DNA of 64,000 nucleotides from sequence record SRR20825006_1019; one strand, given 5' to 3'. Positions 52,041-61,745 of this stretch are shown in pieces. Both the position numbers and the translations under genes were made by a program. The first letter of the stretch is position 1. Each line of letters starts with the position of its first letter. Below the pieces are notes generated by a model. That model was not told where the DNA came from. It ran no database searches and saw only the letters and a program-made list of their open reading frames with translations.

Positions 52041-53036
52041 CTATGAGCAGCCGTCAAGGATCAGATTGCCGTCGGAATCATGGCAGTCCGACGTGCCAGC
52101 GAATTCAAATTCCAGCGTGGAATGATGGATGTTGTGTTCGCTGGTGAGATACAACTTGATCTCGCGCTTGATTGTTTCAAGATCCTCAAACCGTGTGGGC
52201 TCAATCACGACATGCGCTTCCAACGCCCGATGTGATTCATCCAGTTCCCAAAGATGGACGTGGTGAATACCCGATACGCCATCCATCCCACCGAGATCGG
52301 CCATCATTTCATCGAAATGGAAGTTGGCGGGGGCACCTTCCATCAAGATTCGAGTTGCTTCTGGAAGCATCTGCCAGACTTGATAGAGAATGTAGGTCGC
52401 AATCAACAGCGTCAGAATCGAGTCCACCCAAAGCCATTTCAAATAGATCACGGCTGCGGCCCCGATGAGCACCGCAACGCTGCCCGCAGCGTCGACCAAG
52501 TTGTGAATGAAGGCGGCCCGGACGTTCAGCGAACCTTTGCTCATCGCCCACAGTAGAAACGCGGTGCCAAGGTCGACGACCAGTGCGATCGCAGCAGTCA
52601 CCGCCATCAGCCAGCCAATGATCGGTTGTGGGTCAAAGAAGCGATGGACCGCTTCATAGACCAGGTAACAACCGACGACGGCTAGAAGTGTGAGATTGAT
52701 CGTGGCCCCGATCAGTTCGGCTCGGCGGTAACCAAACGTGTAACGCTGGTTTGCTTCCTTGCGGGCGATCCGGCGAGCGATGTAGGCGATCAGCAACGAG
52801 TTAGCATCGCTGAAGTTGTGGGCCGCATCGGACAGCAAGGCAACACTGCCTGACAGAATACCGGCGATGACCTGGGCAACCGTAAGGGCTTGGTTTAGCA
52901 ACACCGACCAAAGCAATCTTGAATCACTGACCGAGTCAAATTGACCGGCGGAGGTCAGGCCATGATGATGCAAGCCTCCACAGTTTTCATGATTGTCCGC
53001 CGAATTGTCGGAATGATTTTGATCGCAACTTCCCAT
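52041..53036 (-). CDS. Cation diffusion facilitator (CzcD/ZitB-like)
   Basis: ALLSDAAHNFSD, TFGYRRAE, NVRAAFIHNLVD, HHVHLW, HSTLEFE. Confidence 0.93.
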   Translation of the reverse strand: MGSCDQNHSDNSADNHENCGGLHHHGLTSAGQFDSVSDSRLLWSVLLNQALTVAQVIAGILSGSVALLSDAAHNFSDANSLLIAYIARRIARKEANQRYTFGYRRAELIGATINLTLLAVVGCYLVYEAVHRFFDPQPIIGWLMAVTAAIALVVDLGTAFLLWAMSKGSLNVRAAFIHNLVDAAGSVAVLIGAAAVIYLKWLWVDSILTLLIATYILYQVWQMLPEATRILMEGAPANFHFDEMMADLGGMDGVSGIHHVHLWELDESHRALEAHVVIEPTRFEDLETIKREIKLYLTSEHNIHHSTLEFEFAGTSDCHDSDGNLILDGCS

Positions 53037-53059
53037 GAGATTGATCTTGGGTAAGTGGA

Positions 53060-54019
53060 CTAGGGATTCGCGTTTGGCACGTTGCTGCTATCGACGATCG
53101 GGGCAGGTTGCCCAAGTGGAGTGATTGAATGGTTGTGCCCAGGCAGACTTTCGATTCCAACGGCCAAGGCAACGCCGAGCAAAAGTGCGGTGGTCAACTT
53201 CAAACGATCGTGGTCATGAAACGCGACTTCAGGAAGCAAGTCCGACAGCGATATGCAGACGAAGAATCCAGCTGAAAGTGCCAGGCCCCAACCAAGCAAT
53301 GCTTCGGTGTTGGCAAATTGAGTGGCACCAAAGTAAAACGCGATCGCGCCAATCGGGCAGGCCATTGAAAAGGTCAGGTTCACCATCGTGCGTTGGGCGG
53401 ATGTCCAGCCGCCCTTGCTCATCACGGATGTGATCGCGAACGCGTCCAATGGCTTGTGAAGCGCAACGGCGAGGAACGTGCCCAATCCTGCCAACCCCAA
53501 CCAAGGCGAATGTTGGGACTCGGCCGCGATACTGGCCGCCAAAGCGACTCCGTCCATCAGCGTGTGAAGCCCTAAGCCAAACAGCATGCCGAGCCAGCCG
53601 AGTGGTTTGCTGCTGACGCGTTTGGCATTGGAATGGGAGTGCGGGTGGCTGTGATCGTTGGGGTGTTTGTGGTCCTTCGGATGGTCATGGTCATGCCCGT
53701 GCTCATGAGCATGGTGATGATGATCATGTGATTCGCCGTGGCCGTGCACGTGCGTGTGGAACGCGCGGAGCAGAATGAACATCGTGATGATGCCGACCAA
53801 GACACCTCCGCCAGCCTGGGACGCGGAGCTGATCTTGTGCAGCGAATGCGGCAACAAGTGCAGCATCGCGATCCCCAGCATCAACCCGGCGACAAAGCTC
53901 ATCAAAAGCTGAGTTCGCAGGTGGGTCATCCGCACCAAAGATGGCAACCATCCACCACTGACCGAGGCCGTGATGATGAGTACGCAGTACACCGCGAGCA
54001 GGGATTCGGGGACAAACAA
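53060..54019 (-). CDS. ZIP-family metal transporter with a His-rich loop
   Basis: AGLMLG..HLLPH, His-rich loop, LHTLMDG, LHKPLD, SDLLPEV. Confidence 0.9.
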   Translation of the reverse strand: MFVPESLLAVYCVLIITASVSGGWLPSLVRMTHLRTQLLMSFVAGLMLGIAMLHLLPHSLHKISSASQAGGGVLVGIITMFILLRAFHTHVHGHGESHDHHHHAHEHGHDHDHPKDHKHPNDHSHPHSHSNAKRVSSKPLGWLGMLFGLGLHTLMDGVALAASIAAESQHSPWLGLAGLGTFLAVALHKPLDAFAITSVMSKGGWTSAQRTMVNLTFSMACPIGAIAFYFGATQFANTEALLGWGLALSAGFFVCISLSDLLPEVAFHDHDRLKLTTALLLGVALAVGIESLPGHNHSITPLGQPAPIVDSSNVPNANP

Positions 54020-54058
54020 GGCAATTGCCGAAGCGGGGTACGGACGCGGCGAAACGTT

Positions 54059-55630
54059 TCAATCTACGCCTTTGCTTGAACGACGCAAGTGGAGTCGCAT
54101 GGCCAGGATCACCCCGCACAGCAGGATCACCATTCCCGTGTGAACGATTGCCAGCGATGCCTCCTGGTATCGGGCTCCGCTGTGTAGCAATCCGAACAAT
54201 CGCGTGCCCGTCGTGGTCACGCCAGGGGGCAAAACCGGCATCGCCGCCGGCACGTCGCCCGCCGAAACGATCGCGACCGCCAATGCCGCAATACCCAATC
54301 CGCGTCGCAGCAAGGGGACCTCCAGGTGCCACCAACGCCAGGCGACCGAACCATCCATTTGCCCGGATCGCCAAGTGGCATCATCAATGCCGTCATAGGC
54401 ATTGCGCAAAATCGCGTAGGAGACAAGAACGCTTCGCACGCCAACGGCGAGCAATGTCGGCACCAAGGTATGCGTTGCGAGCCGATCCAGTCCCGTCAAC
54501 GGCAGGCGGAAAAATGCGGCGACCGTCATTCCAATGACCGGTCCGGGGACAAGGAATAACATGGTTCCCAAGACGTCGATGACGAGGCCAGACGCCTTGG
54601 ATGAGCGAGCCAGGCGAGCAATTCCCATCGCAAGGGGCAGTGACAGGATGATGGAGAAAAAAGCGAGCTGAACGGTCCAGGCGATCTCTTCGACAAAGAG
54701 CTTGGGAGCCTCGGCGATTGCTCGGACGGATGCCTGCCAGTGGAAGGTCGCTTGCCGTTGACCGTCCACCACTTCGACCGCGTGGCCGGTTTGGACAATC
54801 AATCCGGCGAGTGGCAGGATCAACAACAGCGTGCAAGACATCACGGCCGCCATCGCGGTCAAGCGAATACCGCTCGTCGTTGTATCAGTCGTTATCGATG
54901 GTGCGTCGACGGGCTCAGCATTCCAGTCGGACGCGACTTTCCATCGGCGACGTTGCAACCAAAACCACAATAAAGTCGGGATGCCTCCGACCAACATCGG
55001 GACCAACGTCGACACCAACACGGACGTCGTGTTCGGATCCACCGAGTAGAAAAGATAAAACTGATCGGCGACGGTTCGGACGCTGTGCAAATCCGCGACG
55101 CTCATTTCGGTCGACGCGAGTACCATCACGCCGATGGCCGACGCAATGATCCATGGCAATGCGATCGGCAATCGCACACGCCACCAAATTTGGCAGGGCG
55201 AAAAGTCTAAAGCGGCTTGTTGAATCGCAACCGAAGAAATTCGACGTGTTGCCCAGACCGTTGCCAGTGACACCAAAGCAACACCGTGCATCCCATGGAT
55301 CCATCCAACCCAACCCAGGTTGCCTCCCGTCATGGTCGTAACCAACCATCCAAATTTGCCAGCGGTTGATTCCCAGGCTGCTGCCAACAGGATCAATGGC
55401 ATTGCCAAAGTCACGAACGCGAAGAACGTCCAGATTCGGACCAACCAATGATTCGGTCGCAATTGGCTGACGAAGAAAGCCGTGGGCACACCAATCAGAA
55501 CCGCGATTCCGGCGGACACCAGCATCAGTTCAATCGTTGTTGTGATCGCTGTCGCCCAATCGTCGGCAAATGTCGGATCGGGAGCCGGCAATCCGGGCGG
55601 AACCAACGCTGCGAGCGGAATATTGGGCAT
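54059..55630 (-). CDS. ABC transporter permease (Fe3+/thiamine type, duplicated membrane domain), divergent
   Basis: Many transmembrane helices; two degenerate EAA loops (QQAALDFS..WWRVRLP; RSGQMDG..WWHLEVP). Confidence 0.75.
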   Translation of the reverse strand: MPNIPLAALVPPGLPAPDPTFADDWATAITTTIELMLVSAGIAVLIGVPTAFFVSQLRPNHWLVRIWTFFAFVTLAMPLILLAAAWESTAGKFGWLVTTMTGGNLGWVGWIHGMHGVALVSLATVWATRRISSVAIQQAALDFSPCQIWWRVRLPIALPWIIASAIGVMVLASTEMSVADLHSVRTVADQFYLFYSVDPNTTSVLVSTLVPMLVGGIPTLLWFWLQRRRWKVASDWNAEPVDAPSITTDTTTSGIRLTAMAAVMSCTLLLILPLAGLIVQTGHAVEVVDGQRQATFHWQASVRAIAEAPKLFVEEIAWTVQLAFFSIILSLPLAMGIARLARSSKASGLVIDVLGTMLFLVPGPVIGMTVAAFFRLPLTGLDRLATHTLVPTLLAVGVRSVLVSYAILRNAYDGIDDATWRSGQMDGSVAWRWWHLEVPLLRRGLGIAALAVAIVSAGDVPAAMPVLPPGVTTTGTRLFGLLHSGARYQEASLAIVHTGMVILLCGVILAMRLHLRRSSKGVD

Positions 55631-55725
55631 AAAGGGAAGGTTTTCGAGGCCGAAAATTCGTCCTGCTCGACGATTTGCCAAGCCGGCGATCACAATGGAG
55701 CGACCAACCACCTTCACGGAATCTC

Positions 55726-57432
55726 ATGAAGCTGACATCGATCCCCCAGTTGTACCGCAATCTGCGTCGAGGACGCGAGATCCTGAGGGTGCTGCGCCGG
55801 TACGGATTGGCGGACTGGATCAGTCGCACGAGGCGTTTGCCGCTGCAGAACTGGATCAAGGATCGTTCGGGCGTTCCGCTGACGCAATACACCCGGTCGC
55901 AACGGATTCGGATGGCGATCACCGAGCTGGGCCCCACATTCATCAAGGTGGGCCAAGTCCTAGCGGCACGGCCTGACCTCGTCGGCAACGAAATCGCGGA
56001 AGAGTTGAAACAGCTTCGCAACGAAGTTTCGCCGGACAGCATGGAAGTCGTCGAAACAACGCTCGCAGAAGAGCTCGGCCCGAACTTCCGCAAACACTTC
56101 CGTCACATTGAACCGATGCCGCTTGCGACCGCATCGATTGGGCAAGTCCATCGTGCTGAGTTGATGGACGGCCAGCGAGTGGTGCTGAAGGTCCAACGTC
56201 GCGGCATCGAGAAAATGATGCGAGAGGATCTGGATGTTCTCGAGGGATTGGCCCAATGGGCCGATCACGTCGAGTCGCTCGCTATCTGGGGACCATCGGA
56301 CATGGTTCGGCAATTGATGCCGATGATCCTTCGCGAGCTGGACTTCAATCGCGAACGCAGCAACCTGAAGCAGTTCGCGCAAATTTTGGAGGCGGACAAA
56401 GCTGAAATCGTCATTCCGTCCGTGTTCGACCAATTGTGCACGCGGCGTGTTTTGGTGATGGAAGAGATGGTTGGCGAACCATTGGCAAAAGTTTTTGAGC
56501 GTGATGTTCACTCGCCTTCTCGTGAGTCAAGCGAGATGACTCGTGCGGACCTGCCTCCGGAACTTGGCCGAACGCTTGCTCGAACCTATCTGCGAATGGT
56601 GTTCGAGGACGGGTTCTTTCATGCCGATCCACACCCGGGCAACCTGTTTTGCTTGCGAGACGGTCGCTTGGCGATTCTTGACTTCGGGATGACCGGCCGC
56701 ATTGATGAAGCGATGCGTGAGTCGATCGAGGAGATGTTGGCGGCCATCAACGCGGGAGATTGTCGACGGCTGACCCGATTGATTCGTCGCGTAGGCAACC
56801 CACGAGTCGATTTGGATCAGTCGGCGTTGGAAATCGATGTGGCTGATTTTGTGGACACCTACGGCCGACAAACGCTGGACCGCTTTGATTTGTCGGGGGC
56901 ATTGAATCAGCTCAGCGAGATTCTCCACCGGCACGGGATCGGTTTGCCCAATCAGTCGGCTCTGCTGTTGAAGATGTTGATCTCATTGGAAGGCACCCTT
57001 CGCGAGATTGGCGTCGGGTTCGATTCGCTTGACATTGTTCGCTCCTATCTTCGCCGAGTGATGATTCGACGTTTAACTCCGGCAAGACGACTTCGGCAGG
57101 CCCGAAGGATTTACCTGGAGAGCGAAGCGTTCATGGAGAACGCGCCGGAGCAGTTGCTGTCGCTGATGAACCAAGCCCGACTGGGACAGTTGCAGGTGCG
57201 ATTGGAACCCAAACGATTTGCGCCAGTGGTCAATCGCTTGGTCGTCGGGTTGATGACCAGTGCGGTGTTCCTCGGGTCGGCACTGATGCTGTCCTATGAA
57301 GTCTCGCCGGTGTTGTTCCCCGATCAGCCAATGTTTGGGATTCAGCGAGTCAGTATCCTCGGATTGGTGGGATTGATCGCCAGTTTCAGCGTGATGGTCG
57401 CTCTCTGCCTCGCGATTTTGCGAAGCGAATGA
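55726..57432 (+). CDS. ABC1/UbiB-family atypical kinase
   Basis: ELGPTFIKVGQ, ATASIGQVHRA, VLKVQR, FFHADPHPGN, LDFGM; C-terminal transmembrane helices. Confidence 0.93.
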   Translation: MKLTSIPQLYRNLRRGREILRVLRRYGLADWISRTRRLPLQNWIKDRSGVPLTQYTRSQRIRMAITELGPTFIKVGQVLAARPDLVGNEIAEELKQLRNEVSPDSMEVVETTLAEELGPNFRKHFRHIEPMPLATASIGQVHRAELMDGQRVVLKVQRRGIEKMMREDLDVLEGLAQWADHVESLAIWGPSDMVRQLMPMILRELDFNRERSNLKQFAQILEADKAEIVIPSVFDQLCTRRVLVMEEMVGEPLAKVFERDVHSPSRESSEMTRADLPPELGRTLARTYLRMVFEDGFFHADPHPGNLFCLRDGRLAILDFGMTGRIDEAMRESIEEMLAAINAGDCRRLTRLIRRVGNPRVDLDQSALEIDVADFVDTYGRQTLDRFDLSGALNQLSEILHRHGIGLPNQSALLLKMLISLEGTLREIGVGFDSLDIVRSYLRRVMIRRLTPARRLRQARRIYLESEAFMENAPEQLLSLMNQARLGQLQVRLEPKRFAPVVNRLVVGLMTSAVFLGSALMLSYEVSPVLFPDQPMFGIQRVSILGLVGLIASFSVMVALCLAILRSE

Positions 57433-57541
57433 CACGACGCCTCGTCTAGATCTAACTTCGCGGGATTTCCGCGAAGAATCTCGAAGGAGTGGGCTCTACG
57501 CTTAGGAGGGCACCCACCAACATTCGACTCGAGGCGAATCA

Positions 57542-58660
57542 ATGAAAACGAAGAAACATCGCGGATCGTTCATGCTTCGATTCATGGTCTTTGGGTTCAG
57601 CGTCGCGGTAGGGCTGCTCGCATTCTGGTTGCTTGGTTACATCGTTCGCGACATTGATCGCGTGCAAGGACCGAATTACAGCCAGATGTTGGAGGAAGGG
57701 TTGCCACAGGAGTTGCAGGACGAACGCCAGACACTCGCCGCGCAGTTGGTGGATTTGAAACAGCAGATCGCGTCGACCGAACGACGCCGGCAACTGACGG
57801 GGCAAACGACTCGCGATTCGCAGCAAACAATCAACCAGTTGCTGGAACTCAAACGCAACGCGGATGAGAACGCGACATCTTTGAGCGATGAGCAGAATTC
57901 GGCGCTCACGGATAGTTTGCAGTTGTTTTTGGCGAATCAAAGCCAAACGCAAACCCTCAACGCTGAACTTTCCAATCTCAATGACCAACTGGACGATGTC
58001 GAGCGACAACAACGGGAGAATGAAGAAGCTATCACCCGTGCCAGTCGCCCGATTGCGGATGAGTACGAAGAACTTGCGGAACAGCATCAATGGAAACTCG
58101 CTGCGTACAAGCTCGCATTGTTGATCCCCTTGTTGCTCGTTTGCGGATGGTTGTTTGAGCGTCACGCTGGTGGCACCTATGCGATGCTCGTGTATGCACT
58201 TAGCGGTGCCGTGGCCGCTCGCGTTTTGCTTGTGATGCACGATCATTTTCCCGCGATCTACTTCAAGTACATCCTGATCTTGTTGTCTTTGGCCATTGCG
58301 ACGGGAGTCCTGGTGCGGTTGCTGCGGCTGATTGCCAAACCAAGTCGCGATTGGCTGCTCCGTCAATACCGGGAAGCTTACGCTCACTTCTTCTGCCCGA
58401 TATGCGATTATCCGATTCAGCGCGGGCCCCTGAAATTCGCGGTGTGGACGCGGCGAAGTCTGAAGAAACGTACGCCCGTCACGGTCGATGGGGATGCGGC
58501 CACATTCGACCAGCCTTATACATGCCCGTGTTGCGAAACGACGCTTTTCCACGCATGCAAAAAATGCGGTGGAGTCCGGCATTCGCTCTTGCCCGCTTGT
58601 GAAAAGTGTGGCGCTGGATCGGTGCTTGAGCAGGAGGCAGCGACGGGAAGTCAGGATTGA
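57542..58660 (+). CDS. Membrane protein with a coiled coil and a C-terminal multi-CxxC zinc ribbon
   Basis: One helix, about 150 aa Q/E-rich coiled coil, three helices, then CPIC, CPCC, CKKC, CEKC. Confidence 0.8.
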   Translation: MKTKKHRGSFMLRFMVFGFSVAVGLLAFWLLGYIVRDIDRVQGPNYSQMLEEGLPQELQDERQTLAAQLVDLKQQIASTERRRQLTGQTTRDSQQTINQLLELKRNADENATSLSDEQNSALTDSLQLFLANQSQTQTLNAELSNLNDQLDDVERQQRENEEAITRASRPIADEYEELAEQHQWKLAAYKLALLIPLLLVCGWLFERHAGGTYAMLVYALSGAVAARVLLVMHDHFPAIYFKYILILLSLAIATGVLVRLLRLIAKPSRDWLLRQYREAYAHFFCPICDYPIQRGPLKFAVWTRRSLKKRTPVTVDGDAATFDQPYTCPCCETTLFHACKKCGGVRHSLLPACEKCGAGSVLEQEAATGSQD

Positions 58661-59100
58661 GTTGGTAGGCCGATGTCTTCGTTCCAAAGCGTCGGGTTGT
58701 TTTGAATGAAGGCACGCATCAGCTCGATGCAATCCGGATCATTGACGATCTGCAGATCAACGCCCCGGCTGCGGACGTACGACTCCGGTCCTTGAAACGT
58801 CTGATTTTCTCCGACGATGATTCGTGGGATTTTGTAGAGCAGGGCGGCACCACTGCACATGTCACAGGGTGACAACGTCGAGTACAGCGTTGATTGAGAA
58901 TAGTCGTTCGCGGTCAGTCGGCCGGCGCGTTCCAAACAATCCATTTCGGCGTGCAGGATCGAACTGCCGTTTTGAAAGCGGCGGTTGTGACCACGGGAAA
59001 CGATCTCGTTGTCGATCACCAACACCGAGCCGATTGGAATGCCGTGTTCGTTGAGCCCGAGGCGTGCTTCATCCAGAGCGGCTTGTAAGAACGGATCCAT
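58651..59100 (-). CDS. Zn-dependent cytosine/nucleoside deaminase (yeast Fcy1-like)
   Basis: GIPIG, GHN, HAE, SPCDMC, WNEDIG. Confidence 0.9.
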   Translation of the reverse strand: MDPFLQAALDEARLGLNEHGIPIGSVLVIDNEIVSRGHNRRFQNGSSILHAEMDCLERAGRLTANDYSQSTLYSTLSPCDMCSGAALLYKIPRIIVGENQTFQGPESYVRSRGVDLQIVNDPDCIELMRAFIQNNPTLWNEDIGLPTQS

Positions 59101-59219
59101 CGTTAAGACGCTCGGTTGTGGAAGGAGATGTGAAGAGGGTGTCGTGTTAAACAACGGTCGCAGCTTGGAATAGTATAGTGGCGTATCCCCACCGAATCTC
59201 CCCGCCCTGGACATTGCTC

Positions 59220-60209
59220 ATGCGTCACGTTGTCTGTTTGGTTCTCAGTTTATCGTTGCTCGCGGGAACCGCCTCGTTCGCCGGATCACCTCAGACGCAG
59301 TCCGGGGACAAGTCGACATCGGAAGCTAACAAGAAGAACGCATCGCGAAAGACGAAGAAGAAAAAGCCGGCTCCGTTCGCGTGGGTAAACCCCATTCCAA
59401 AGCAACGGCAACATCCGTCACTCAAACACGCAACGTTTCAAAGCCCATCGCTGAATTGCGACGTCGGGTACGCGATTTTGATGCCGCCGGGATACACCGA
59501 TGGTGAAGCGGACAAACGATTTCCCGTTGTCTATTACTTGCATGGCGGGCGACCGGGTAGCGAATCGAAGTCGATCGCCTTGGTTCCGCAGATGCATTTG
59601 GCAATGGAATCAGGCCAAGTTCCGGGCATGATCTACGTCTTTGTCAACGGCGGCCCGGTCAGCCACTACAACATTCCCGGCGAACCAACCAAGCAGGGTG
59701 CGGACGTGTTCATCAAAGAACTGATCCCACACATCGATGCAACTTATCGAACGATTGCTGATCGTGAGCATCGTGGAATCGAAGGGTTCTCGCAGGGCGG
59801 TCGCGGGACGATGCGGTTGTCGCTTCGCTACCCGAATCTATTTTGCAGTGCAGCCGCAGGCGGTGGCGGATATGAAACCGAACGCAAAATCAGTGAGTCA
59901 GGCGGCCGCGAATCAGAAACCTTGGTATTCGCAGAAGGCGACAATGTGTGGGATTTGGCTCGGGAGTATTCCAAACAGAAATCGCAAAAGGTGGATTGGA
60001 TGATCTATGTCGGGACCAAAGGTTTCAATTACCAGAATAATCTGGAGTACATGGCCTTCTTGAAATCACTTGAGATTCCATTCGAAAGCATTGTTGTTCC
60101 AGAGGTCCCTCATTCTGCGATGAAGATCTATGAGCAGCGATGTGTCGACCTGATGCGATTCCACGCCAAAAATTTTGGCTTGATCGATACCACGGTCGAG
60201 CAGGAGTGA
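59220..60209 (+). CDS. Secreted esterase (alpha/beta hydrolase, CE1-like)
   Basis: Signal peptide; FPVVYYLHGG, ELIPHIDATYRT, GFSQGG nucleophile elbow. Confidence 0.88.
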   Translation: MRHVVCLVLSLSLLAGTASFAGSPQTQSGDKSTSEANKKNASRKTKKKKPAPFAWVNPIPKQRQHPSLKHATFQSPSLNCDVGYAILMPPGYTDGEADKRFPVVYYLHGGRPGSESKSIALVPQMHLAMESGQVPGMIYVFVNGGPVSHYNIPGEPTKQGADVFIKELIPHIDATYRTIADREHRGIEGFSQGGRGTMRLSLRYPNLFCSAAAGGGGYETERKISESGGRESETLVFAEGDNVWDLAREYSKQKSQKVDWMIYVGTKGFNYQNNLEYMAFLKSLEIPFESIVVPEVPHSAMKIYEQRCVDLMRFHAKNFGLIDTTVEQE

Positions 60210-60460
60210 TTTCGGTGGCGTCGATTTTGGAACAAACGGAGCACTGAAGCGTCTTGCTTCAGCGACCCGCGATCGGTTTGTGTCGAAGTAAAACGATTGT
60301 CGTACTTCACCCTCGTCCATGAGACTCAAAAGCAATTCTTGAATACAAGCTTCTTGAACACAAACCTTGAGTGCGAGTGACGAGGTGCACGAGTTTCATC
60401 CGCGTAATGCAAGTGACGATGAGAACTCGTGGCGACAATCGATGTGATCTGCAAACCAGG

Positions 60461-61261
60461 CTAGCAGGCCAATGGCTTGATGCTGTTGTCATCGGATTGG
60501 ATGTAACGCAGCAGACCGTCCGTATTGAGTGGCTTTGCAAACCAGCGATCGAATCCCGTTGGACCTTCCGCGACTCCATAGTCGCAGGGAGACTTTCCGC
60601 TGGTCGCAACGATTCGAATGTTCTTTGACGCTTCGCATTGTCGCAATTGTCGGATCGTCGAGGCACCATCGCCGTCCGCCATCTGCATGTCCAGCAGGAC
60701 GTAATCGGGTGATTCGTTACTGTTCAGATAGCTGATGGCGGCATTGCCACTCGCGACGCAATCGACAACGCAGCCACGCATTGAAAGGATGCCAGCCAAA
60801 AAGTCACGTTCGTCAGCATCGTCTTCAACCAGCAGTAATTTGACCGAACTTTGGAGGTTCAAATTTTCCATCTGTGCGTCGATGGCTTCAGCGCGCTTTC
60901 CGAAGTTTCGCTCAAGACAATCGAGTTGATGCATGACCTTCAAAAACGTTCGGTCCGCTGCCTCTTTCAGCCCCGCATCCATTTGCTGGCGATAGAGTTG
61001 GAGCCCCAAATTCAGCGTGTTCAAATGATTTCGAAGCTGGTGCAGTTCGAGCTTCACGTTCCCGAAATTTTGCTCGAAACTTGCAACATCAAAGGCTTCT
61101 TCAACTGCCTTGTTGCATAGCTCTTTTCGAAGGATGCGAATCTCGGGCGGCGCGTCGATTCCGATCGTGGCCGTTCTTGCAGATGCCCGCGTCACATTGA
61201 TCGTGATTCCCAAGCTTGGGAATACGATGGCTTCGCCCGGTTTTCGTGATAGTAACAACAT
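60461..61261 (-). CDS. CsrA-domain / response-regulator receiver fusion protein
   Basis: MLLLSRKPGEAI..IGIDAPPEIRILRKEL (CsrA); HQLRNHL; LLVEDD, LLDMQM, ATSG, AKP (REC); GGAG RBS before ATG 61261. Confidence 0.88.
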   Translation of the reverse strand: MLLLSRKPGEAIVFPSLGITINVTRASARTATIGIDAPPEIRILRKELCNKAVEEAFDVASFEQNFGNVKLELHQLRNHLNTLNLGLQLYRQQMDAGLKEAADRTFLKVMHQLDCLERNFGKRAEAIDAQMENLNLQSSVKLLLVEDDADERDFLAGILSMRGCVVDCVASGNAAISYLNSNESPDYVLLDMQMADGDGASTIRQLRQCEASKNIRIVATSGKSPCDYGVAEGPTGFDRWFAKPLNTDGLLRYIQSDDNSIKPLAC

Positions 61262-61745
61262 GCCTGGAACTCCGTCTCGTTGCGTGGGCATCAACAGCAT
61301 AAGTCGATCCCAAAAAACCTCGCGAATCCCGCCGGATCACGTCAACCTTGCTTGAAGATTCGTGAGAAGAGTTGCCCCATTCCATTGACAGTTTTTTGAT
61401 CCCGATCCTGGAATCACTGCTACCTCTCCAGGGGAGTAGATGGGTTTACTCCGTTGGAGTCAACGGAGATTTGAAAAATGTTTTAGTGGGGTGGGGGCCA
61501 CATCCAGTTGCAAAATGAAGGGCAGAGGCAATGGTTGCTGATTGTTTGTTCAGCGTCTGGGGCCGGGTGCACCAAGATTGAAACTGTTGACCATGGACTG
61601 AGTAGCCAGCCTCACCGCTCGTGCCACGTCACGCGACACATAGTTTTGATTAACCCAGAAGAGCGACGACCGTCGGTCGCCGCTCAATTGAAGTCTTTGG
61701 TTTCCATCGCACCACGCGGTGAAGCAAAGGAGCAAACGTTCCGCA

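Noticed and set aside
53630-53760. Repetitive CAT/GAT-rich DNA
   Set aside because: Encodes the His-rich loop of the ZIP transporter; not a CRISPR or other DNA repeat
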